Of a stretch of 64,000 nt of DNA, positions 36,467 to 44,605 are shown one piece after another (position 1 is the first letter of the stretch; every line of letters begins with the position of its first letter). The DNA lies in contig JAFWKQ010000034.1 in assembly GCA_017545665.1 (NCBI GenBank), positions 26,302 to 90,301 on the forward strand, written 5' to 3'. The stretch comes from Atopobiaceae bacterium (GTDB lineage: Bacteria > Actinomycetota > Coriobacteriia > Coriobacteriales > Atopobiaceae). Made by a program: the position numbers and the translations under genes. The notes under the pieces are model-generated. The model had not been told where the DNA came from and ran no database searches. It worked only from the letters and a program-made list of their open reading frames with translations.

Positions 36467-37741
36467 TTAGCTCTTCAGCTGGAAGCCGACGTCGCTCAGG
36501 GTACCGCCAGCGGCAATCCGCCCGTTGTAGCTTTCGTTGGAAATCACCAGCGTAGTGCCCCGCACCTCGTACTTTCCGTCCGCCGGCCACGAGTTCTTCT
36601 CCTTAAGTGCATACGAGAAGGACCCCGGCTCCCGCACGGCAGGCTGCTCTGATTTGGGCAGCCGCGAATCGTCGCCCAGCAGCGTGGCGCGAAGCCAGCG
36701 TCCCGCGAAGCTCAGATCGTCGTCAACGAACCCCGACACCTTGGAGCACGCGGCGGAAATGGCAGACGATGACTCGTCCTTGTTCGACAAGTTCCACATC
36801 ACATAGCTCACGCCCAGCTCGTCCATGGCATCGATCCACGCCGCAGCCGACTGCTCGTCGATATCACCATTACCGCTTGCGTCGCATATGCCAAACTCGC
36901 TCACGAACACGGGAAGGCCGCTCGCATGCACCTCCCTCAGACGATTGCGCAGGTCGTCCTTGTGGGTCGCCGCGTAGAAGTGCAGCGTGTACATGACGTT
37001 CTTGTCGGCCAGCGGGTCTGCGGCGGCCTGGTCGATGCGCTGGGACCACTCGGGCGTTCCCACCAGAATTACGGCGTCAGGGTTGTTCGCACGAATCACG
37101 GGAATGATGCGCTCGGCATAGGCCTTCACGTCCGCCCAGCTCGTGGAACCGTTGGGCTCGTTGCAAATCTCGTACAGCACGTTGGTGTGGTCGGCAAGTG
37201 CAGCAGACACGTTCGCGAAGAATTCCTGTGCCTCGTCGGCATGGTCGAGCGGGTTGTTGTCGGAGAGTATGTGCCAGTCCACAATTGCGTAGAGGCCCGC
37301 GTCGGTTGCGTACCCAACGCCATCGAGCACAAGCTGGCGGAGCTGCTCCTTGTTTCCGTCCGTGCAGTATCCGCCGCTCTCAGCCGTGTACATGGCGAGC
37401 CTCACGGTGTTGGCGCCCCAATCGCGCGCCAACTCGCCAAAGAGCTCGGCGTTCACGTACTGCGGAAACCACGACAGCCCATGCGTCGAGATTCCCTTGA
37501 GCTGCACAGTCTTGCCCTCGTTGTTTACCAGCCGCGTGCCCTCAACACGCAGCGGCACCAGGGCGTGGGTTGCCGCAACGTCTTGCGCGTCTTTTTTAGA
37601 AGACGCGGCGGAACTCGACGCGCCGCTCGCCTGCTCGCGCATGGGCTGTTCCGTCGGCTCCTGGGCGGGCGCTCCTCCACAACCAACAAGCGCAACCACA
37701 CACACGACAACCATTGCCAGAAGACAATACCTTACCTTCAT
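36467..37741 (-). CDS. GH5 endoglucanase (cellulase) lipoprotein with a C-terminal beta-rich (CBM-like) domain
   Basis: From ATG 37741 the signal/lipobox is MKVRYCLLAMVVVCVVALVGC. The GH5 motifs are GISTHGLSWF, NTVRLAMY, AIVDWHIL, LYEICNEPNG (acid/base Glu), TLHFYAATH and VFVSEFG (nucleophile Glu). Confidence 0.88.
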   Translation of the reverse strand: MKVRYCLLAMVVVCVVALVGCGGAPAQEPTEQPMREQASGASSSAASSKKDAQDVAATHALVPLRVEGTRLVNNEGKTVQLKGISTHGLSWFPQYVNAELFGELARDWGANTVRLAMYTAESGGYCTDGNKEQLRQLVLDGVGYATDAGLYAIVDWHILSDNNPLDHADEAQEFFANVSAALADHTNVLYEICNEPNGSTSWADVKAYAERIIPVIRANNPDAVILVGTPEWSQRIDQAAADPLADKNVMYTLHFYAATHKDDLRNRLREVHASGLPVFVSEFGICDASGNGDIDEQSAAAWIDAMDELGVSYVMWNLSNKDESSSAISAACSKVSGFVDDDLSFAGRWLRATLLGDDSRLPKSEQPAVREPGSFSYALKEKNSWPADGKYEVRGTTLVISNESYNGRIAAGGTLSDVGFQLKS

Positions 37742-37976
37742 GCCCAGCCCTTTCCCAGCCGAATGCCACAACCCAAGTATAGGCAATCAAAATAGCCGAC
37801 AAGCGGCCTGTGGCTTGTTTGCTTGTTTGCTTGTCAGCTATTTGCGGAAGCCGTGTTTGCATTTAGCATTCTGTAAATACAGCAAAGAAGGGCGCGAAAC
37901 CGTTGCTGGTCTCAACGCCCTTCTCTCCATAGTTTGCGCTATGCACTAAAGCGAATGGCTCTGCTAGGCAACTATC

Positions 37977-38837
37977 TTACTTGGCTTCCTTTGACACTTC
38001 GTTAATAAACTGTTCGGCCTGATTAGCAACATCGCCGCCAGTTACAGGCTTAAGCTCAACCTCGCCGTAGCCATCTATGTTAAGCTTCTGCGAGCCGCCC
38101 TTGTCGTCAGAGGACACCACGGTAAAGGTGATGGTCTTCTTCGACTCGCCGTCCGTGATGGTAGACTTGCCATTCTCCACCGTGACCTTGCCAGACCACG
38201 CCTTGACATCAGACAAGTCTGCGTTGGTTACGGAAAGGGTGGCTTCCTTGTTTTCGGCGTCATCCATGTAGTTGACAGTCGAACCGTTGGAGAGCGTGCC
38301 CTCCCAGTACATGGTGGTCTTGGAGATGGCGTCGGCTGCCTCGGCAGCGGCCTCAGCGGCGGCAGCAGTGATATAGCCCTCGGCCGCCTTGCTAAACTCG
38401 CCCTGGGTAATCGGCTTCATGTTGACGTCGCCGTAGCCCTCAATATTGACCTTAAGGGAGGTGCCGTCGGGAGCGGTTTCCACTACGGTATAGGTTATGG
38501 CCTTGCTGGTCGAATCATCCTTAATGGTGATCTTGTTGTCGGCTTCTATGGTCTTTCCGGACCATGCCTGGCCATCAGAAGCGTCGCTCTTAACAATCAC
38601 CAAAGACGCCGTTTTGGTGTTCTCGTCGTTTGAGTACACGACCTCCTGGCCGTCGGAAGTCGTACCCTGCCAATAGAGAATCTTGGCGGCTTCGGCAGCT
38701 TCCTTTGCCTGTTCGGCCGCACTTGAACTAGCCTTGGACTCTGAGCTGGCGGCAGGCTGGTTTCCGCAAGCCACAAGTCCAGCGGACATGGTGAGTGCAG
38801 CGGTTAGGCCAACGGCAACGATCTTGTTCTTTAGCAT
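37977..38837 (-). CDS. Lipoprotein with two ~120-aa internal repeats
   Basis: The lipobox is LTMSAGLVAC. The duplicated module is (YWQGTTSDGQEVVYSND…AWSGKTIEADNKITIKDD…VNIEGYGDVNMKPIT) versus (YWEGTLSNGSTVNYMDD…AWSGKVTVENGKSTITDG…LNIDGYGEVELKPVT). Confidence 0.75.
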   Translation of the reverse strand: MLKNKIVAVGLTAALTMSAGLVACGNQPAASSESKASSSAAEQAKEAAEAAKILYWQGTTSDGQEVVYSNDENTKTASLVIVKSDASDGQAWSGKTIEADNKITIKDDSTSKAITYTVVETAPDGTSLKVNIEGYGDVNMKPITQGEFSKAAEGYITAAAAEAAAEAADAISKTTMYWEGTLSNGSTVNYMDDAENKEATLSVTNADLSDVKAWSGKVTVENGKSTITDGESKKTITFTVVSSDDKGGSQKLNIDGYGEVELKPVTGGDVANQAEQFINEVSKEAK

Positions 38838-39154
38838 AACTTTCCCTTCTGATAGAGATGAAGTCCCTTGTCACGAGATTGTATAACAGTTTTAGCGGAA
38901 ACGCTGCTGGCAGTATGCGCATACTTACAGAAAGCAAACGAGAGGCGCTTGGCCCGCCCGGTCGCTTTCGCCTTATCGCCAATTCCGTGGGTTAATCATC
39001 TTTCTCGTCATTTCTCCTGCGGCACCTTGCCCCCCCCTACGTCGTTGCCATTAACTGCGCGTCGTGGGCGGGCGCGTCCCACGCATCCTACGGACGTGGA
39101 GAGCCTTTGAGCGCGCCAAGCGGGCAAGGCCCCGCGCCCATGCCCGTGCTTCTT

Positions 39155-39275
39155 ATCAAATATGAAACCTGTACACAAAACGCGACGCTAAAAAGCCTCC
39201 GTGTACACTCCGAGACCAAGAGTGTACACAAGGCCGATTCCACGTCACGTTTTGTGTGCAGATTGACCTTTTTAT
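39155..39275. repeat. Nested-palindrome intergenic repeat, copy 3
   Basis: TCAAATATGAAACCTGTACACAAAACGCGACGC … GTGTACACTC … GAGTGTACAC … CGTCACGTTTTGTGTGCAGAT followed by TGACCTTTTT. Confidence 0.8.
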
Positions 39276-39341
39276 GAACACGGGAGACAAGAGCTGCGCA
39301 AGTTCCTAGCACCAACCGAACCAGACAAGGGAAAAGCGGGC

Positions 39342-39459
39342 CAAAGGGGACAGTCCCCTTTGTCCCGCCTACCTGTCCCCTTGGTAGCTTTTAGGACCTC
39401 TACGAGCGCAGCTTGAGCAGACGCTTAGCTGACAAGTGACCTGTCCCCTTGTCAGCTTT
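39342..39459. repeat. Cluster of three GGGGACAG-core hairpins at the 3-prime end of the large minus-strand operon
   Basis: The three hairpins are CAAAGGGGACAGTCCCCTTTG (39342-39362), CTACC-TGTCCCCTT-GGTAG and AGCTGACAAG-…CTGTCCC…-CTTGTCAGCT (39427-39459). They have the same core as the hairpins at 36391-36460. Confidence 0.6.
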
Positions 39460-39468
39460 TCAGCAAAA

Positions 39469-40059
39469 TCAGAGGTCCAATATCTCGGAGATCACCCGCA
39501 CAACGATCTTTGCCACGGGTCCCTTTATCAGCTCGACAAAAAAGAGAACGATAAGGATAATGACGAAGAGCAAACCCCACATATCCTTCGAACGCTGCGC
39601 TATACCCATAGCAAACAGCCCTATGAGGATATATATGGACGCAATAATGAAGCGCAGCACATACTCAAATATGCTTGCACCAGTTGATCCCGTCGTTTTT
39701 GCGCGGCCAATCTTCCAGGAGTGCCCGCAGTTATTGCAGACACCATACGATGCGTAATGGTTGCGCCGCATGTTAAGGCCGTTGAGCGCAAACCCAAGGA
39801 GACCCGACTTCGCGTCCGACCGCTTTGTCATATACAGGTTGTTGCCGGACTTCCTAAGCGACGCCCTGCAGTTGGTGCTTCCGCAGCTTGGGCACACCAT
39901 GCCGCCGCCACCGCCCTGGTAGCCGCCACCGCCACTCTGACGACCAGATCCGCCTCCATTCATGCCATTCCCGCCACCAGAACTGCCCCCAGAGTAGCCC
40001 CCAGAAAAACCGCCGCCACTTTGCTGCGGCATTCCGCCACCCGAATAGCCGAAACCCAT
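39469..40059 (-). CDS. Glycine-rich / zinc-ribbon / C-terminal double-TM protein (paralogue 2)
   Basis: GGGAG lies 6 nt before ATG 40059. The product has MGFGYSGGGMPQQSGGGFSGGYSGG…GGGGYQGGGGGMVCPSCGSTNC…CNNCGHSWKIGR followed by two hydrophobic helices. A ~90-nt block (39707-39796) is identical to 40318-40407. Confidence 0.65.
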   Translation of the reverse strand: MGFGYSGGGMPQQSGGGFSGGYSGGSSGGGNGMNGGGSGRQSGGGGYQGGGGGMVCPSCGSTNCRASLRKSGNNLYMTKRSDAKSGLLGFALNGLNMRRNHYASYGVCNNCGHSWKIGRAKTTGSTGASIFEYVLRFIIASIYILIGLFAMGIAQRSKDMWGLLFVIILIVLFFVELIKGPVAKIVVRVISEILDL

Positions 40060-40080
40060 GGCCAACTCCCATCTTCACTA

Positions 40081-40626
40081 TCACCAAATACCAATGACCC
40101 TAAGAATTGCTTTGGATATGAATCCCGTGATTATGCTTACGAATGCAACGAGACTTATGACCACGCAAATTACGTATGTTTCGGACCAATGTGGGAGAAA
40201 TGCATAGTTGACGGCCGCAAGCGCCATGAAAATCACGATTCGCAGCGCTATTTCTATTGCAACCACGCCTCCGCTATGATCACTCGCGCCACCGCCGCCT
40301 CCGCCTCTTCCTGTCCTGCCAATCTTCCAGGAGTGCCCGCAGTTATTGCAGACACCATACGATGCGTAATGGTTGCGCCGCATGTTAAGGCCGTTGAGCG
40401 CAAACCCTAGGAGACCAGACTTCGCGTTCGGACGCTTTGTCATATACAGGTTGTCGCCGGACTTCCTGAGCGACGCCCTGCAGTTGGTGCTTCCGCAGCT
40501 TGGGCACACCATGCCGCCGCCACCGCCCTGGTAGCCGCCACCGCCCTGGTAGCCGCCACCTCCGCTGGAAAAGCCACCGCCGCTGTTTTGCCGTTGTGCG
40601 CTTCCACCCGTAGAGCCAAATCCCAT
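40081..40626 (-). CDS. Glycine-rich / zinc-ribbon / C-terminal double-TM protein (paralogue 1)
   Basis: GGAGG lies 6 nt before ATG 40626. The product has MGFGSTGGSAQRQNSGGGFSSGGGGYQGGGGYQGGGGGMVCPSCGSTNC…CNNCGHSWKIGR and C-terminal TM helices. Confidence 0.65.
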   Translation of the reverse strand: MGFGSTGGSAQRQNSGGGFSSGGGGYQGGGGYQGGGGGMVCPSCGSTNCRASLRKSGDNLYMTKRPNAKSGLLGFALNGLNMRRNHYASYGVCNNCGHSWKIGRTGRGGGGGGASDHSGGVVAIEIALRIVIFMALAAVNYAFLPHWSETYVICVVISLVAFVSIITGFISKAILRVIGIW

Positions 40627-40795
40627 GAGATACCTCCTTCGCCTGAACAGCGTTCGAGTTACCATTCTTCGCAGAACACTTTGAAATACTTTATGTGCAT
40701 CTGGGCTGGTGTGTTCCGCTGCGCATCAATATATCAAGCTGCGAACATAATCTGTTGTACAACGTATTCTTCTGTCCAGCAACTTGCACAGGAGG

Positions 40796-42439
40796 TTATT
40801 TTTTGTTCTCCTTACTCGCAGCGGCAGCGGCAGCCGCATCGGCCACCTGCTGTCGCGACCCCGCGAAGTTGTGCATCCATGAGGCGTAGTAATAGTCGTA
40901 TCGAATTGTTGCTCCCGCAGAGTCTGTTGCACGCACAACAAGGTGATCGGCCTGTATGGGTAAGTTGGACTCGCCAACGGGAAGAGGCGTCTTTGGCGCC
41001 ACTACCTCTCCAAAGGCATTTACCCACTCGTACGTCGCCCCCGTTATGGGATTGCTCTCTCTTGCGGCGGAAAGCGTCGTCTTTACGTTGTCAGCGGCAG
41101 GCGTAGTCTTAACGTTCACGCTGGTGTGCATCGATAGCACGCAGAGCAAAGCGACGCAGCAACATACCACAGTATCCCATTTTCTTGGCGCCGGAACATC
41201 TCCGGCACGATGCTTGTTCAATATCAAGAGCGTGGCAATGCCAAACACGAGTATTGCAGCCATCCGCACATACTCAATCGCCAAGTTGTGCCGCACGCCC
41301 AGCCATGCAACGGCTTCCACCACAAACGCGACGACTAAAAACACCCATACATTGGCATTCGCAAGGTACTTCCCCCTCTTGTCCCTAAGCACATATGCGG
41401 CCAAAAGGATTACGCAGGTAACAATGGCCGAGGGTACAAGGCCTGAACCGAGCATGCTCGAAAGCACGATGAAAACCACAAGCTCCACCGCAAAGCATGT
41501 GAGGGTGTCGAAGCCAAACGTCGTCTTGCCGGACTTTTCGTTGAATATGCATCTGTACACCGCCACCACGAGAGCCAGCATGAAGGCCCAGCTAAAGATG
41601 AAGTAGTAATCCATGAGCACTCGTATGCCAAGCACCAGTACGATGCAACCAAACAGCACAATGGAATCCGTGCTCCACCATATGGCCCCTGTGCTCCTTC
41701 GGTTCGAAAGAGCATATGCCATGCCCCCCAGCACGATGGCACACACAAGTACGCGCCACCACGCGAAGCCCTCCACTGGAAGGGCATACATGTTCTTAGC
41801 GATCTCAGGCGCTATGGCATTCGTGTAGGCCGAGCACCCAACTGCAATGAATACCGAAACCGCAAGCACAATAAGAGACAAGATCTTATCGAGCGTCTTG
41901 CGTTTGGGTTGAAGCATCTCGCTCATATACAGGCAAAGGGTCCAGAACGCGGCGCTAAAAACGTACACGGTGAAAACGATCTTGCCATTTCCCGCAAACT
42001 CAATGTGCTTGAATCCACCCGTGGCGAACGTGCCCAAAACGAGGGCCGATCCAACGCATCCGCCACCGACGCCCATCAGCCAAGGTTTCCATATGAAGCC
42101 AGCAATTAGGAGACCCACGCCAATCATCAGAAGGATGCCAAAGTCGTTCGTCGAAATCTTTTCGAACATCGTGCCGATTGCCTTGGCATCGTAGGCCGCG
42201 ATTATCTTATCGAACCACAGGGCAACATATGCCACCAGGTCCACGCACACATATGTGGCGATGTCCTCCATCACGCAGCTGGCCTTCCCCTTATACACAA
42301 GAAGGAACCCTGCCGCCGCCAGTACTACGCACACGCGCAATGCCCCAATGGGCTCCATGTGTCCCAGCATCATTATGAGTACCACAAGTGCGTTGGCACC
42401 AAACAACACCCCACGCCTTGCCATATTTAAAAGCTGCAT
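40796..42439 (-). CDS. Polytopic membrane protein (about 12 or more TM helices) with a ~110-aa extracytoplasmic C-terminal domain
   Basis: 547 aa, almost entirely successive hydrophobic helices up to about residue 430. It then has a soluble tail (…TTPAADNVKTTLSAARESNPITGATYEWVNAFGEVV…). ATG 42439 is preceded by GGGAAGGG. Confidence 0.7.
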   Translation of the reverse strand: MQLLNMARRGVLFGANALVVLIMMLGHMEPIGALRVCVVLAAAGFLLVYKGKASCVMEDIATYVCVDLVAYVALWFDKIIAAYDAKAIGTMFEKISTNDFGILLMIGVGLLIAGFIWKPWLMGVGGGCVGSALVLGTFATGGFKHIEFAGNGKIVFTVYVFSAAFWTLCLYMSEMLQPKRKTLDKILSLIVLAVSVFIAVGCSAYTNAIAPEIAKNMYALPVEGFAWWRVLVCAIVLGGMAYALSNRRSTGAIWWSTDSIVLFGCIVLVLGIRVLMDYYFIFSWAFMLALVVAVYRCIFNEKSGKTTFGFDTLTCFAVELVVFIVLSSMLGSGLVPSAIVTCVILLAAYVLRDKRGKYLANANVWVFLVVAFVVEAVAWLGVRHNLAIEYVRMAAILVFGIATLLILNKHRAGDVPAPRKWDTVVCCCVALLCVLSMHTSVNVKTTPAADNVKTTLSAARESNPITGATYEWVNAFGEVVAPKTPLPVGESNLPIQADHLVVRATDSAGATIRYDYYYASWMHNFAGSRQQVADAAAAAAASKENKK

Positions 42440-42452
42440 AATACCCTTCCCG

Positions 42453-43496
42453 TTAGATCAATGAGCTTATTGCCATCGATATGGTCCAAAGGACGAATAT
42501 GGCAACAGGAAATACGTACACATCGTCATAAGGTGACTTGCGAAAGTGCATGAACCCAAGTGCCAACACCGCAGCGCTGGCCAAGGAAAACAGAATGCCA
42601 AGCACGATGTTTGCCCCAAACCCAAATAGCGCAGCCAAGAGCATGAGCGCAAGCATACCAGCACTCAATATGAGCGTTTTTGAGTTGGCGCTCTTGCGGT
42701 TTAGGATGGTAAGTATGTTCGTTTGTCGCTCCGAGCTCAACGCAAGGGCGCCAAGACCCGTGTAGCACTCATACGCTTGAGTCCACGAACCAGTTCCCAG
42801 GCAGTAGTAATAGTCTCCAAGCTCCGCCATTGCTTGGGTGTTGCCCGCCGCGGCTGCCTCCGAAAGGAGCGTGATGCCGGTATTTTGGGTTGAGGCATCA
42901 TCGGACCCATGGAGCAGACAATACCCCATATAATGCTTTGCCAAGGGAATGCCCATCTCCACAAGCGGTTCGATGGGTTTAAAATCCAGCTCCAGCAGGG
43001 GCGATCCGTTATACACAGCCTTCCCCAGACTATTGCCAAAGCTCTGGAGCTCATTGTTGTAAAGCGACTCTGGGACCACGAACGCGCGTTCCTGCACAAG
43101 CGAGTCAGATGGCGGAGATGGCTCCCCATATTCGTATGCGATACCCGCAGCCAGCGAGAACGCTCGCAGGAATCTAACGATCTCGTACCTATTGAGTCCA
43201 GACTGCAGCTCTGCATTAGACGCAAAGCGGTCCAGATCGGCTTGGGCGCAGAATCCGCTATTGGTTACGAGCTCGCCAAAGCCATCTACCTTTGCCAACA
43301 GCAATGCCTTGCGTATATCGAGCTCGCTTACCCCACACTCCCCCATGAGCACGCGAAACCGATCCTCGTCCAACATCGCCTCGGCTCCGTGCTCAGACAC
43401 AATGCGCTGCATCGCCACATCAAGGTCTGTCGGCGAGTCATCTTCCAATCCCGCGTATTCGACCAGATCATTGCGAATGTCATCTACAAGACTCAC
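42453..43496 (-). CDS. Sel1/TPR-like repeat protein with a C-terminal membrane anchor
   Basis: GTG 43496 overlaps the TGA of the upstream gene (GTGA). The Sel1-like segment is AKHYMGYCLLHGSDDASTQNTGITLLSEAAAAGNTQAMAELGDYYY. Three hydrophobic helices lie at the C-terminus. Confidence 0.6.
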   Translation of the reverse strand: MSLVDDIRNDLVEYAGLEDDSPTDLDVAMQRIVSEHGAEAMLDEDRFRVLMGECGVSELDIRKALLLAKVDGFGELVTNSGFCAQADLDRFASNAELQSGLNRYEIVRFLRAFSLAAGIAYEYGEPSPPSDSLVQERAFVVPESLYNNELQSFGNSLGKAVYNGSPLLELDFKPIEPLVEMGIPLAKHYMGYCLLHGSDDASTQNTGITLLSEAAAAGNTQAMAELGDYYYCLGTGSWTQAYECYTGLGALALSSERQTNILTILNRKSANSKTLILSAGMLALMLLAALFGFGANIVLGILFSLASAAVLALGFMHFRKSPYDDVYVFPVAIFVLWTISMAISSLI

Positions 43497-44605
43497 GCCG
43501 CATCTTCCTCTCGTTCGTCCAGCCATCCGACTTCTTTGAACACGCGCAACCACGTCCTCGGTGACGGATTGCAGGTATCGTTCTCCCTCTTGGCATTTTT
43601 CTCCGCAAGCGTATACGCAAACAGCTCCTTTACCTGCTCGGGGCTCTCTTTCCATAGCGATATGATCGCCTCGTCTTCCGCAAAGAGGCCAAGCGTGTTT
43701 CTGGAGTCGTTTTCGTCAAAAATGAAAACTGGCATCTGATGGTATTTGCGGAACTTGTCATAGTGCTGGATCAGCGAATCGTCGGTCTCGCCAATGAGCA
43801 ACCTGCCGTCATAGGCGTAGTTCCCATACAACACATAGAACAAGAAGGCGGCGAGCGCATAGTTTTGCGTATGGAAGTCCATGCGGTCCACCAATCCCTG
43901 AACGTAGGCAGGTTCCATGAACTCAACCGGATATTCTCCCTGCTCAGGGGCACAAGCCCACAAGTCATTCGTGCCTCGCAAGCCATCGATGCTATACACA
44001 AGATTGGAGTAGTCCAACAACACGTTTCCCCGGGCGTTTACAAACATCCGAGAAAGGCTCATGTCCAAATAGGAGTATCCACAAAGGTTGAGGTTGTGAA
44101 TGGTGCGAACCGCCTCAACCGCAAGCGTGCGTACGGACTCCTCCTTCCACGAAGGCTCTTGCATGGCACCGTACACCACTTCCGCTCTGAGGATTTTGGG
44201 ATAGTCCCCATAGGGAAACAAGAGCGCATATGCGCCGCCCAGTTGGACAGGCTCTTTTGGCATGTCGGTATATTGGTTGTGGACGTAGGCCAAAAAGCCC
44301 TCCTGGTACTCGTGCAGTTCCACAAGATCGCTTGGCCAAAGAATCGAGTCGATTGCAGGAGGCCTGAGTATTTGCGCACGATACCGGCCGATCTCATTTG
44401 TAAAGCAGCGCAACCGCCGGGCGAAGAAACGCTCGCCGGTAATCGCGTTCTGCAAAAGAGGACACGCCTCCTTTTGGCCATTCGCGCCACCCACCGGGTC
44501 CTCTACGGTCTCCCCTGTCCACCTGTAAAGGCCATTACCGTACACGAGACTGTAATACATCTCGGTCTCCGTGTACTCCTTTGCAATATAACCGTCGAGT
44601 ATCAA
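43493..44605 (-). CDS. Protein-kinase-fold protein with atypical catalytic motifs
   Basis: TTG 44605 lies directly after GGAGGAGG and overlaps the upstream TGA (TTGA). The kinase-like order is GERFFARRL (VAIK-like), HNLNLCGYSYLDMSLSRMFVN (catalytic loop, no HRD), LLDYSNLV (DFG position), FMEPAYVQG (APE-like) and DFHTQNYALAAFLFYVLYGNYAY (helix F). Confidence 0.55.
   Translation of the reverse strand: MILDGYIAKEYTETEMYYSLVYGNGLYRWTGETVEDPVGGANGQKEACPLLQNAITGERFFARRLRCFTNEIGRYRAQILRPPAIDSILWPSDLVELHEYQEGFLAYVHNQYTDMPKEPVQLGGAYALLFPYGDYPKILRAEVVYGAMQEPSWKEESVRTLAVEAVRTIHNLNLCGYSYLDMSLSRMFVNARGNVLLDYSNLVYSIDGLRGTNDLWACAPEQGEYPVEFMEPAYVQGLVDRMDFHTQNYALAAFLFYVLYGNYAYDGRLLIGETDDSLIQHYDKFRKYHQMPVFIFDENDSRNTLGLFAEDEAIISLWKESPEQVKELFAYTLAEKNAKRENDTCNPSPRTWLRVFKEVGWLDEREEDAA

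Noticed and set aside
36926-37795. Plus-strand 289-aa ORF, with others opposite the GH5 gene
   Set aside because: They are antisense to a gene with unambiguous GH5 catalytic motifs and a lipobox signal peptide.
33650-39460. CRISPR array, considering the recurrent palindromic repeats
   Set aside because: The repeats are kilobases apart rather than separated by regular 30-40-bp spacers. They differ in family, and no cas genes are present.
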